Shown here piece after piece: positions 46,722 through 55,855 of a stretch of DNA of 56,438 bases. Position 1 is the first letter of the stretch, and each line of letters opens with the position of its first letter. Both the position numbers and the translations under genes were made by a program. The stretch is taken from positions 1-56,438 of the forward strand of contig CAZYBH010000002.1 in the NCBI GenBank assembly GCA_964645315.1, given 5' to 3'. Origin of the DNA: an uncultured Candidatus Saccharibacteria bacterium. Lineage in GTDB: Bacteria > Patescibacteriota > Minisyncoccia > Phycocordibacterales > PALSA-1337. The notes beneath the pieces were generated by a model. The model had not been told where the DNA came from, did not search any database, and worked only from the letters and a program-made list of their open reading frames with translations.

Positions 46722-49700
46722 ATGCCTGGACGACTTTTTTTCATTAAGAAATACTTACTCATTGTTTCACTATTCACGATAGCGAGCATTTCATTTCTTT
46801 ATCCAAGTAAGGCTGAAGCTAGATTTGGACTAAGTACATATGATGCTACAAGCATCACCTTGATGGCTGCTGATGCTTTAAACTTAGATGGTCAAAGCGG
46901 TTGGACATTCTACAACAGCGTAGATGCTCCAGAAGGCGGTTTTCTAGCTTCCAATTCAAACAATACTCAGACTTTTACACTGACTTTACCTACAAACTTA
47001 ATATCAGGGACTACATACTATATATTCTTTTATGGTATTGGATACGATTATAGCAATACTGTTAGCTGTACAGCGGGTGGATCAACTTCTTCTACGGTTA
47101 CGTTTGACGATAGAGATGTGACTAGATATTGGACTCCACACGCATCGATAACTCCTGGATCAAGTACAAATACTCTAGTATGTACTATAAATAAACAAAA
47201 CGGTGTATTGAAATATCTTATTAGAGGTATTTATATTACCACTGATGCAAATATCACAGTCACATCTCAAGGAATTGCAGTCAACCTCAACGTCCCCGCC
47301 GGTACCAATGATAACGCCATAAAAGGCAATCTCATATCAAATGGAAATTTTGAAGCGGGCATCGACGGTACTTGGGGTATAGGAATAACTCAAAACACAA
47401 ATCAGACAACATTATGGGACAATACAGTCGGTCATTCAGGTGGCTCAAGCCTAGCTATCCCTATTGATGCAAATTCATTTTTTACAGGTCAGGTCGCTGC
47501 ACTGTCATTGACTTCTAGAGTTTTCCATCTCAAAGAAAATCGCAAATATACATTTAGTGTATGGATGAAGACTTCTACAAATACTACAGGTTGTTCTGTT
47601 TCTGTAGTCAATGCTTATGATCCGCCGAGCGGATATGATCCTCAATACTATATAAGTTCGGCAAGTGGACAAAATGCTACTTCATATACTTCAGATTTTA
47701 CATGTACCACATCATGGAAGAGATTTTATGTTACCGGATATTTGAAGAAGTATCCTCAGATGGATTATGTCCTATCAGTCAATGCAAACGGCTTGGATGT
47801 AAACGGTGCTAAGCTTTATGTTACCGATGTTCAATTGGAAGAAGGAGATCTGACGGATTTTGCTCCGGCAAGCCCTTTGGAGTCGATCGTTACAACAGGC
47901 AAATCTGGAAATGTTTTCTATTCTACGGATTCATTGGTTGGTACCGTTAGATCTCACAACAACTCAACAAATCCAATTTCCAAGTCTTTGCAGTACCAGA
48001 TTTACGATTCAGACAATATCTTAGTCACATCGGGTACACAAACAATAACCGTTTCAGCAGGACAGACATCAACAAGCAATTTTTCATTTTCAACCGGTGG
48101 TAAAATTGGTCAATTTAGACTGGTCTATTGGTATCCAAATGAGGACATAACAGAAAAGGAGCTCATCTTCTCTATTGTAACACCTTATGCCACAGGAGCT
48201 CTTGATACATCGTCATATATGGGTATTCACCCAAACTATCTTGATTATCAACTTGATTCAATAAAAACCCTCGGTATTAAGTGGTCTAGAGTCTTAAGTC
48301 CATCAAATTACTTTAGATGGTCAATAGCAGAACCGACAGAAGGAAATTTCGTCTACTATGATACTCCACTCAGTCTTGGACCGACAGCGCTTTTGACTAC
48401 TATGGGTACACTTGGAAGCGATCCACCTGCTTATGCCTTGAATGCGGGTCTTCCAGATCTTACAAAATGGTCAACATTCGTATCGACAGTAGTAGACCAT
48501 TACAAATCAACCATCAAATATTGGGAGGTTTGGAATGAACCTTCATATACAGCAGATTTCTATGGTCAACTTCTCAAGACTGCATCTGACGCTATAGAAG
48601 CAAATGATCTAAATGATGCAACTATAATTGGTATGGGAGGTGTATCTGCCACATATATGCAATCTGTCATCGATGCAATGGATGCTCGTTATCTTCCGGG
48701 TTGGGATTGGAGAAGTCATATAAGTACATTATCTACCCACAATTATTTCGGAGGAACAACACCCGAAAGTCTTACAACAATCAAAGATACTTACAATAAA
48801 GCTATCTGGAACACTGAAACTGGCTTTTGGGATTTGGGAAATTTCCAAGGAAAGTTCTCAAACTTCATGGCTCCTGGCAAATCTATATATCCATATACTG
48901 ATTCTGCTCGTTTTTATACCGCAAATACCGCAAATCCAAATCAATTAATCCAAAACTTTTCTAGGACTTTGGCTAGTGGTCAGACAAAATACTTCTTATA
49001 CGATGCAAGAACATCCGCTGGTCCCGCAATTACAACAACAAATACTGGAATATTTGAATACGACATGTCGGTAAGAGCAAAAGCTATTGCATACTCTATT
49101 GCCGGATCGTTCTTGGACAAATCTACTGCATACGGTGACAAATCTCCAAATGCAAATACATATGCCTTATTATTCAAACAGAGTGATGGTTCAACCCCGG
49201 TAGCTGTAATTATGTCTTCAGACAATATTCCAAGACAGATGGCATTGTCTACAGTAAATCACAACCAAATCGAAGTTTATGACAGAATGGGAAATGCAGT
49301 AAGCTTCTCTGGTACGACTGTGATATATGGTCGGGCACCGATTTATGTCAAAGGTGTGGGAATATCTACAACAACACTTTCTTCTGCAATTACCGGCTCG
49401 ACCATTTCCACATATACCGACGTCGAAGCCCCAAATCTTTCTATTACTGATGGTCCACTTGGACAAGCAAATGATGTTGTCAGATTTAGATGGTTAGGAT
49501 TGGACAAATTCTATTTGCCAAATTTGGGAGAAATGAGTCAGGAAGCAAGTGCGCCAGTAGATGATCCGAATCCAAGCGCAATTACTTATTCATACAAATT
49601 AAGTCCCGTCGATAGTACCTATAGTGATTGGGTAGGAAATACTTATGTTGATTATAGCAATCTGACTACCGGTACATATACTTTTTATGTGGCAGCGAAG

Positions 49701-51605
49701 GATGCGGCAGGCAATGTTTCAGCTACAACATCTAGGACCTTCTCATATACTAGTGAAGCAGACCTATCAACTTCGACGATATCATCTGTAACTCCTAGCT
49801 CCGTCTCAACCACATCGATGACTCTAAGCTCGACTATTTCAAATTTTGGTGGCTCCTTGGTTACAGAAAGAGGATTTGCTTATGGCACAAATTCAAATCT
49901 ATCATCAGTTATAGCAACCACTACTTTGGGACTTCAAAGCGCTACTGGTACTATGTCCTCAAGTACAACAGGTCTAAGTCCAAATACCACATACTATTTC
50001 AGAGCATATGCAGTAAACAAAAGCGGTACTACGACAAGCGCAATTTCTTCTACAACTACATTACCATGGAGTGCTCCAAGCGCTCCTACAAGCGTCTCAG
50101 CATCTCCAGGCAACAATCAAGCCTTAGTATACTTCACAGCTCCTTCTTCAAATGGTAGTGCCATACTATACTACACCGCATCATCATCCCCAGGAGGATT
50201 CGCTGCATATGGAGCCTCATCACCACTTACTGTTACTGGTCTTACAAATGGCCAATCTTACACATTCATCGTAAAAGCTACAAATGCTCTCGGTACAAGC
50301 TCTGCAAGTTCCGCATCAAACTCTGTTACACCCACAGCTGGTCCTACATATACAGTTTCTGGAACTATATCTGGACTTACTGGTACCGTAGTTCTCCAAA
50401 ACAACCTAATCAATGATACATCGATTTCAGCAAATGGTGCCTTTAGTTTTAGCACTGCACTAGCTGATAGCTCTTCATATTCTGTTACTGTTTTGACTCA
50501 ACCAAGTGGGGAAACTTGTACTGTTTCAAATGGCTCCGGTACTATTTCTGGTTCAAATATTTCAAATGTATCAGTGGCTTGTGTCGATAGTGGTGCACCA
50601 ACAATTTCTAGTTTCAGTATACCTTCTTCAGGATCTTCACTGACAATATCAATATCCAGTTTTACTGCTACTGATAATGTAGCCGTTACGGGTTATCTAA
50701 TAAATGAATCAGCAAGCACTCCACAAATCAATGACTCAAACTGGTCTGGTTCCGCTCCAAGTTCGTATACATTTGCATCATCAGGTAGCAAGACTCTATA
50801 TGCATGGGCAAAAGATGCGGCTGGCAATATTTCAAACAGCTCAAGCGCAAATACAACGATTACTATCGCTTCATCCGGTGGAGGAGGGGGTGGCGGTGGC
50901 GGAGGGGGTGGAAGCTCATCATCAGGAAGCTCTTCTTCGAGCGGATGGATTATTAACGGAGCTACTACATCGGTTACATTGCAGGGCATAGCCACAAGCA
51001 CTACTTGCACAACGATTCAGTATCCAATAATTTCCAAAAATCTTAATTTTGGTTCAAGTGGTCCTGATGTAATTCTTCTACAGAAGGTTCTTTTGCAGGA
51101 TAAGCTATATCTATCGACCACTACTGGAATATATGATCAATTAACCTCAAATGCAGTTGCCAAATTCCAAATATCCAAGGGTATTGTCTATAGTGGTACA
51201 CCATATACGACTGGTTTTGGAGCCATTGGTCCAAAAACTCGATCGACCATCAATAATATACTATCTCAGGGTAAATATCCGAGTCTTGGCCAGTGTCTCA
51301 TAAGCTCCCAAAAGAAATTGCCATTGTCGTACACATTTAAAAATACACTGAAGACAGGTTCGACAGGTGAAGATGTTCGTCAATTACAAATATTCCTAAA
51401 CCAATCAGGCTTCACAGTAGCAAGCTCTGGTACAGGTTCATCTGGAAAGGAAACTACATATTTTGGTCCAGCTACCCAAAAGGCACTTATCAAATTCCAA
51501 AACTTCTATGCAAAGGAGATCCTAATACCAAATGGCCTTAGTCAGGGCACTGGATTCTTCGGTCTTGCGACAATCAAAAAAGTCAATAATTTACTTGGGC
51601 ATTAA
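46722..51605 (+). CDS. giant secreted multidomain protein: CBM-like, clan GH-A-like glycoside hydrolase core, Fn3/Ig-like repeats, poly-Gly/Ser linker, two PG-binding domains
   Basis: 1627 aa with a signal-like N-terminus and CBM4/9-like GNLISNGNFEAGIDGTWG. The TIM-barrel hydrolase signature KYWEVWNEPSY (nt ~48521-48541) and AIWNTETG are present. One RGFAYG module and Fn3 (PSAPTSVSASPGNNQALVYFTAP...GQSYTFIVKATN) follow. Then G13/S-rich linker (nt ~50878-50940) and two PG_binding_1-like repeats (GPDVILLQKVLLQD..., GEDVRQLQIFLNQSG...). Confidence 0.85.
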   Translation: MPGRLFFIKKYLLIVSLFTIASISFLYPSKAEARFGLSTYDATSITLMAADALNLDGQSGWTFYNSVDAPEGGFLASNSNNTQTFTLTLPTNLISGTTYYIFFYGIGYDYSNTVSCTAGGSTSSTVTFDDRDVTRYWTPHASITPGSSTNTLVCTINKQNGVLKYLIRGIYITTDANITVTSQGIAVNLNVPAGTNDNAIKGNLISNGNFEAGIDGTWGIGITQNTNQTTLWDNTVGHSGGSSLAIPIDANSFFTGQVAALSLTSRVFHLKENRKYTFSVWMKTSTNTTGCSVSVVNAYDPPSGYDPQYYISSASGQNATSYTSDFTCTTSWKRFYVTGYLKKYPQMDYVLSVNANGLDVNGAKLYVTDVQLEEGDLTDFAPASPLESIVTTGKSGNVFYSTDSLVGTVRSHNNSTNPISKSLQYQIYDSDNILVTSGTQTITVSAGQTSTSNFSFSTGGKIGQFRLVYWYPNEDITEKELIFSIVTPYATGALDTSSYMGIHPNYLDYQLDSIKTLGIKWSRVLSPSNYFRWSIAEPTEGNFVYYDTPLSLGPTALLTTMGTLGSDPPAYALNAGLPDLTKWSTFVSTVVDHYKSTIKYWEVWNEPSYTADFYGQLLKTASDAIEANDLNDATIIGMGGVSATYMQSVIDAMDARYLPGWDWRSHISTLSTHNYFGGTTPESLTTIKDTYNKAIWNTETGFWDLGNFQGKFSNFMAPGKSIYPYTDSARFYTANTANPNQLIQNFSRTLASGQTKYFLYDARTSAGPAITTTNTGIFEYDMSVRAKAIAYSIAGSFLDKSTAYGDKSPNANTYALLFKQSDGSTPVAVIMSSDNIPRQMALSTVNHNQIEVYDRMGNAVSFSGTTVIYGRAPIYVKGVGISTTTLSSAITGSTISTYTDVEAPNLSITDGPLGQANDVVRFRWLGLDKFYLPNLGEMSQEASAPVDDPNPSAITYSYKLSPVDSTYSDWVGNTYVDYSNLTTGTYTFYVAAKDAAGNVSATTSRTFSYTSEADLSTSTISSVTPSSVSTTSMTLSSTISNFGGSLVTERGFAYGTNSNLSSVIATTTLGLQSATGTMSSSTTGLSPNTTYYFRAYAVNKSGTTTSAISSTTTLPWSAPSAPTSVSASPGNNQALVYFTAPSSNGSAILYYTASSSPGGFAAYGASSPLTVTGLTNGQSYTFIVKATNALGTSSASSASNSVTPTAGPTYTVSGTISGLTGTVVLQNNLINDTSISANGAFSFSTALADSSSYSVTVLTQPSGETCTVSNGSGTISGSNISNVSVACVDSGAPTISSFSIPSSGSSLTISISSFTATDNVAVTGYLINESASTPQINDSNWSGSAPSSYTFASSGSKTLYAWAKDAAGNISNSSSANTTITIASSGGGGGGGGGGGGSSSSGSSSSSGWIINGATTSVTLQGIATSTTCTTIQYPIISKNLNFGSSGPDVILLQKVLLQDKLYLSTTTGIYDQLTSNAVAKFQISKGIVYSGTPYTTGFGAIGPKTRSTINNILSQGKYPSLGQCLISSQKKLPLSYTFKNTLKTGSTGEDVRQLQIFLNQSGFTVASSGTGSSGKETTYFGPATQKALIKFQNFYAKEILIPNGLSQGTGFFGLATIKKVNNLLGH

Positions 51606-51646
51606 ACATTTTGGACTTACTCTTTTTTGTGCTATTTTAATTCCAT

Positions 51647-51733
51647 GGAGAGATGGCTGAGTGGTTGAAGGCACCGCTCTCGAAAAGCGGCAGACTCGAA
51701 AGGGTCTCGGGAGTTCAAATCTCCCTCTCTCCG
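51647..51733 (+). tRNA. tRNA-Ser (anticodon CGA)
   Basis: Acceptor GGAGAGA/TCTCTCC, anticodon arm CCGCT-ctCGAaa-AGCGG, long variable arm (AGAC/GTCT), T arm GGGAG-TTCAAAT-CTCCC. Confidence 0.9.
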
Positions 51734-51735
51734 CA

Positions 51736-51780
51736 ATGATTCACGAGAAGGTCTAAATGACCTTCGAGTGAATTATCATT
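51736..51780 (+). other. long imperfect hairpin immediately 3' of tRNA-Ser
   Basis: AATGATTCACgagAAGGTC-taaat-GACCTTcgaGTGAATtATCATT. Confidence 0.5.
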
Positions 51781-51784
51781 GAGT

Positions 51785-51900
51785 GAGAGAGGGGGATTTG
51801 AAAGACGGAGCGTGCGAGGCTAGCAAGCCGAGCCGCGAGTCGGGGTCGCGAGTTCCGAGCCTGGGCGAGGAAACTCGTGACCAAATCTCCCTCTCTCCGC
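51785..51900 (+). ncRNA. tRNA-Ser-linked GC-rich element closed by antisense and sense copies of the tRNA 3' end
   Basis: gagagagggggatttg (51785-51800) pairs over 16 bp (one G-U) with caaatctccctctctc. The exact 19-nt copy of the tRNA 3' end, caaatctccctctctccgc, is at 51882-51900 (equals 51716-51734). An inner stem GTCGCGAGTT/AACTCGTGAC spans 51845-51881. The interior shares acggagc and gagccgcga with the tRNA-Glu element. Confidence 0.6.
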
Positions 51901-51938
51901 CTTGCTACGCCGAAGCGCGCAGTGCGAATGCGAGCTGT

Positions 51939-51967
51939 TTTACATACCAGTAATTATATGTTACAGT
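51939..51967 (+). promoter_or_regulatory. candidate promoter giving a leaderless mRNA for the 131-aa gene
   Basis: TTTACA (51939-51944), 17-nt spacer, TACAGT (51962-51967). The ATG 51977 lies 9 nt after the -10. Confidence 0.45.
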
Positions 51968-51976
51968 ATTTTTAGA

Positions 51977-52372
51977 ATGGACATTCCAAGAGTACTAACC
52001 ATCCAGGTTTGGATACACCACATTGCTTTGTGGACTTACCGAGTCATTTTGGCATTCCTCCTAGCATTCACGCTGTGGCTGTTGGCAGATCTGTTCATCA
52101 CCAGCCAGCGCCACACCGTTGTCCTGACCGAGAGTGTCACGCTCCGGCTAGCAAACGAATATGGCATCATGGATGACCATAGCACCACGGTCTATCCTGT
52201 TGGTATGGACTTCAAGCTCTCCAAAGGAGCCAGGGTTCGTATTACTCAGGGTAGGGGGACCAATGTCCTCATAACCTACATTGGCAAAGGCCCTGGTATC
52301 AGTGTGCCTCATGGGGCACAATTCATCATCGGGAAAGATCTACTCGAGACCATCTCGAGTCCCGCGAAATAG
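51977..52372 (+). CDS. membrane-anchored hypothetical protein (131 aa) on a GC-enriched patch
   Basis: Start at MDIPRVL. The track's longer ORF begins at a TTG inside the tRNA-linked element. One TM helix (ILAFLLAFTLWLLADLFI) and a ~85-aa soluble domain. Followed by a clean terminator. Confidence 0.55.
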   Translation: MDIPRVLTIQVWIHHIALWTYRVILAFLLAFTLWLLADLFITSQRHTVVLTESVTLRLANEYGIMDDHSTTVYPVGMDFKLSKGARVRITQGRGTNVLITYIGKGPGISVPHGAQFIIGKDLLETISSPAK

Positions 52373-52394
52373 CAGTGACTTTTATTACCAAACC

Positions 52395-52420
52395 GCAGAA
52401 CCCTGCGGTTCTGCTTTTTA
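52395..52420 (+). terminator. intrinsic terminator
   Basis: GCAGAACC-ctgc-GGTTCTGC followed by TTTTTAT. Confidence 0.7.
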
Positions 52421-52443
52421 TTATAAAATGATAAAATATACCA

Positions 52444-53052
52444 ATGTACCTAATATTTATTGGTATTGCTGTAGGACTTGCGATCAGTGTGCCGATGGGT
52501 TCGGTCGGAGTATCGGTAGTCCACCGAGTTATTACCAATAACAATAAAAAAGCTTTGTTTGTAGCTATCGGATCCTGCCTTGCAGATACTATATTTGGCA
52601 TTATTGCTATTTATGGCTTGAGTACTATTACAAACTTCATTCATCTCCACAAAAATGGCCTGCATGTAGTAGGTGGTATATGTCTTGCCTATATATCGAT
52701 CAGTGTCTATTTTTCCAAACCAAAAAGCATAAAAGAAGACAATCATATCTACTCATTGGGCAAAGATTTTATTACCGGATTTATACTCACGATTACAAAT
52801 CCTCTTACCGCTATTGCTATTCTTGCTCTTTTTGCTTGGTTTGGTATCAATGATTCGACAATATCACTTCTAAGTGCCTTTTTATTGACATTGGGTCTTA
52901 TTGCCGGTCTCGTCCTATGGTGGCTCACTTTGATCGAGATTACAAATCATTTCAAGAAGAAATTCAAATTTTCTTCTTTAGAAATTATAAATAAAGTTTT
53001 TGGTATTATCCTCTTTATCCTAGCTTTCTTGGTCTTGGCAAGAATTATATAA
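52444..53052 (+). CDS. LysE/RhtB-family amino-acid exporter
   Basis: 202 aa with 5-6 TM segments and an N-terminal IGIAVGLAISVPMGSVG motif typical of LysE translocators. Confidence 0.65.
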   Translation: MYLIFIGIAVGLAISVPMGSVGVSVVHRVITNNNKKALFVAIGSCLADTIFGIIAIYGLSTITNFIHLHKNGLHVVGGICLAYISISVYFSKPKSIKEDNHIYSLGKDFITGFILTITNPLTAIAILALFAWFGINDSTISLLSAFLLTLGLIAGLVLWWLTLIEITNHFKKKFKFSSLEIINKVFGIILFILAFLVLARII

Positions 53053-54597
53053 TCAAAAACCGGGAAAATAATCAGTCTTAATTTTATTTTCTTTTACTCC
53101 AATTTCCAAAAGCATTTTCTTGCTAGCTTCGACAAGTGAATGGGGGCCTGAAATATAAAATGTCCTTTCTGCGAAATCAGGTACTTCAGTAAGTATCAAT
53201 CCAGCATCGATAAAACCCTTGTATCCATTCCAATCTTCTGGAATATGATCGAGGTCAGTCAATGTGCTTACTGCTTTTAGACCAAAAGTTACATTAGCTC
53301 GATGAAATAGATTTGTATAAGCCAATTCTTCTATCCTTTTTGCACAATAAACCAAGACTATATCTCTATCTTCACCCTTATCCGCAATATATGCAATCAT
53401 GCTTCGAAATGGCGTCACACCGATACCTCCTGCGATGAAGCATAGTTTGTCATTTTTATTTTTTGGTAAAATGAAATCGCCCGCTACTTGACCCGCATAG
53501 ATCTTTTGTCCTATTTCCATTTCTGCCAGAGCCTTTTTGAATGAACTTGAATGATTTTTATCAAACTTTATGCCTATTGCGATTTCATCTTCAGTAGGTG
53601 AGGAGGAAATCGTAAAATATCTTCTATTACCTCGACTATCTACATCATCATGATTCAAAGTAAATTCCATATATTGTCCAGGTTCATATTTTATTTTTCT
53701 ATTACTAGAAAAGACAAATTCACCAGTGTCTCTAGCAATTTTGGCATTTTTTTCTAATGTCAGAGTATATCTTTTTTTATCACTCATAAGCCATGAGAAT
53801 GTATTACCGATACACAAGGCTAGCTCCGGAGTCGAATATACCGAATACAAATGAATAAATGGTGGGTAGATCATGCCGGTAATAAAGCCGTATATAACTC
53901 TCTTTTTCATACTTGGTGGCATAGTGATAGGCTCAGTCAACATAAATGTTGCAAAGAAGACATAAGGCGAATCTAGAAATACTTGTTTCAAAAATGACAG
54001 AGCATCGACTTTAGTGATCGAGCCGACATACATCATCAAAATTGAAAATATAAAGAAAGAAAAAATAACATCATAGCGACGGACTTTCCTTACAATCATA
54101 AAACCCAAAATAAGCACGAGAGGGAAGAGATAAGTAGTACCGACCCACCAGGATGCAGAACTATGGATAGTTAGGGCGGTAAGAGCAACAGCAAATGCTA
54201 CCGGATTCCAAATATGTTTGCCTCTTATAGATAAAATATACTTTACGGCTACTGACCAAATACTAACCCAAAATAATAAAGGAATGACTGATATATATTC
54301 GCCAATATGTGGTGGACTTACAATAAGAGCGAGTATCAAAGAGGTGATTAGGGTCGATTCATAATTTGTATCTATTGCAAAAACTCTAGAAAAGACAAAA
54401 TGCGCAATGTATGACAGAGAAACAATAATGGTCGTAGAATATACAAGTGCATAAGGCTCGAAACTTAATAATCCAAATAGACTCAAGATAAAAGAGTAAA
54501 CAAGTAGAATAATGAGACTATACAAAACCACCCTATACATCGTTATCCTATTTAGAAAATTATCTATTTTATTCATGTAAATATTGCTCAAATCCAC
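53053..54597 (-). CDS. membrane oxidoreductase: polytopic N-terminal domain fused to FNR-like FAD/NAD(P)H-binding domain
   Basis: 514 aa with about 8 TM segments, then RYFTISSSP (RxYS FAD motif) and GGIGVTPFRSM (NAD(P)H motif). The start is uncertain (ATG 54597, 54576 or 54540), and the longest form overlaps the apbE stop. Confidence 0.7.
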   Translation of the reverse strand: MDLSNIYMNKIDNFLNRITMYRVVLYSLIILLVYSFILSLFGLLSFEPYALVYSTTIIVSLSYIAHFVFSRVFAIDTNYESTLITSLILALIVSPPHIGEYISVIPLLFWVSIWSVAVKYILSIRGKHIWNPVAFAVALTALTIHSSASWWVGTTYLFPLVLILGFMIVRKVRRYDVIFSFFIFSILMMYVGSITKVDALSFLKQVFLDSPYVFFATFMLTEPITMPPSMKKRVIYGFITGMIYPPFIHLYSVYSTPELALCIGNTFSWLMSDKKRYTLTLEKNAKIARDTGEFVFSSNRKIKYEPGQYMEFTLNHDDVDSRGNRRYFTISSSPTEDEIAIGIKFDKNHSSSFKKALAEMEIGQKIYAGQVAGDFILPKNKNDKLCFIAGGIGVTPFRSMIAYIADKGEDRDIVLVYCAKRIEELAYTNLFHRANVTFGLKAVSTLTDLDHIPEDWNGYKGFIDAGLILTEVPDFAERTFYISGPHSLVEASKKMLLEIGVKENKIKTDYFPGF

Positions 54598-55309
54598 TGG
54601 TCATCGTCGCTATACCATTTGAATCAATTATATAACCAAATAGACTTTTTTGCCTCTCGATAAATTCTATCCCTCTTAGATCCATAGCGAAGGCTGGCGT
54701 TGCAAATCTATCAGCTTCATAGACATTTGGACCGATAATGGTAAAGCTAACTATCTCATTTTGAGCTTTATCTAGTGGATTATATATATGATTGCCTCTT
54801 TCATAATTTCCAGAAGTCGCTATTCCACAATCGGTCAGATATAACGTTTTTACGCTAGTTTTTTGATCAAATGGATTGACTATTCCAACCTTCCACTTTT
54901 TATTTTGCTCATTTAGTCCAGAGACTTCTATATCTCCACCAGCATTTATATAGAAATTAGTAAAGCCAGCTTTTCTTATTATTTCCCCAGCATTGTGTAT
55001 TGCCCAGCCCTTGACAATACCAGACGGATCAATTTTCCCATTTCTATTTATATCAAAATATCCAAATGTCTCTTCTTTTGTAATTTGAGCTAAACAAAAG
55101 ATTTCTTTCATATCTTCGGAATAATCATGCTCCAATATTTCAGCTCTGTTTATCTTTGAAATTTCACTATTATCCTTATAAGGACTGAATTTATTATCTA
55201 TATATTGGAAATAATCAAAAACTTGATCAAGAATCTCCGTAATTTGATTTCCTTTGCCCACTATTTCTACAATAATAGGCATACCCATCATTATTTTGTG
55301 AATCTTCAT
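54569..55309 (-). CDS. apbE: ApbE-family FAD:protein FMN transferase
   Basis: 246 aa with MGMPI, FSPYKDNSEISKIN, DPSGIVKGWA, NAGGDI, IATSGNYERG.HIYNP and ADRFATPAF. Confidence 0.8.
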   Translation of the reverse strand: MKIHKIMMGMPIIVEIVGKGNQITEILDQVFDYFQYIDNKFSPYKDNSEISKINRAEILEHDYSEDMKEIFCLAQITKEETFGYFDINRNGKIDPSGIVKGWAIHNAGEIIRKAGFTNFYINAGGDIEVSGLNEQNKKWKVGIVNPFDQKTSVKTLYLTDCGIATSGNYERGNHIYNPLDKAQNEIVSFTIIGPNVYEADRFATPAFAMDLRGIEFIERQKSLFGYIIDSNGIATMTSGFEQYLHE

Positions 55310-55776
55310 TATTGAGCTTGAGCAAGAGCGTGTAATAGGGAATTCCTAAAACCCTTGCTGGTCTGCGTCGCTCCCGTAACCGTGTCGACATTAGAATCTT
55401 GAATCTTGATCGCCTCAGACTTCAATATAGGCATAGCTCTAGTATTTATTTTTATCGAATTATCTCGATCATTAGGATATTGGAGAAATAGAATATCTGA
55501 CAAATTGCCATTTACTATAATTGCCTTTACCTCTACATTGCCATAATAGACATCCTCGATCGAACCCAAGAATGTGCCATCCTTGTATTTGCCCTTTGTA
55601 GTCAAAACCTGATTTTGTAAGGCTGTATTTGAATTATTTTTTAGACCAAGGAAAGTGATAATGTAATTGGCTATTTTTGCATTACGCCAATTTATTATAA
55701 ATACATAAAAAGCGAAGATCAAAACTAAACCGAAAGATAAAGATTTTTTTGTAACAAATTTTGATTGAAAATTCAT
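55309..55776 (-). CDS. membrane-anchored FMN-binding domain protein
   Basis: 155 aa with an N-terminal TM anchor and the flavinylation motif VDTVTGATQTSKGF (Dxx[ST]GAT). The stop overlaps the apbE start (ATGA-type coupling). Confidence 0.75.
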   Translation of the reverse strand: MNFQSKFVTKKSLSFGLVLIFAFYVFIINWRNAKIANYIITFLGLKNNSNTALQNQVLTTKGKYKDGTFLGSIEDVYYGNVEVKAIIVNGNLSDILFLQYPNDRDNSIKINTRAMPILKSEAIKIQDSNVDTVTGATQTSKGFRNSLLHALAQAQ

Positions 55777-55855
55777 TATTTTTTTATCAGAAATTCAGAG
55801 GGATTTTATCTTGCTCTGTTAGACTTCTTGATTATAAGTATAAAACAAAAAATAT

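Noticed and set aside
50878-50915. G-rich tract as a slipped-strand phase-variation switch
   Set aside because: It is a mix of GGT/GGA/GGG/GGC codons encoding a poly-Gly linker, not a homopolymeric or perfect short tandem repeat.
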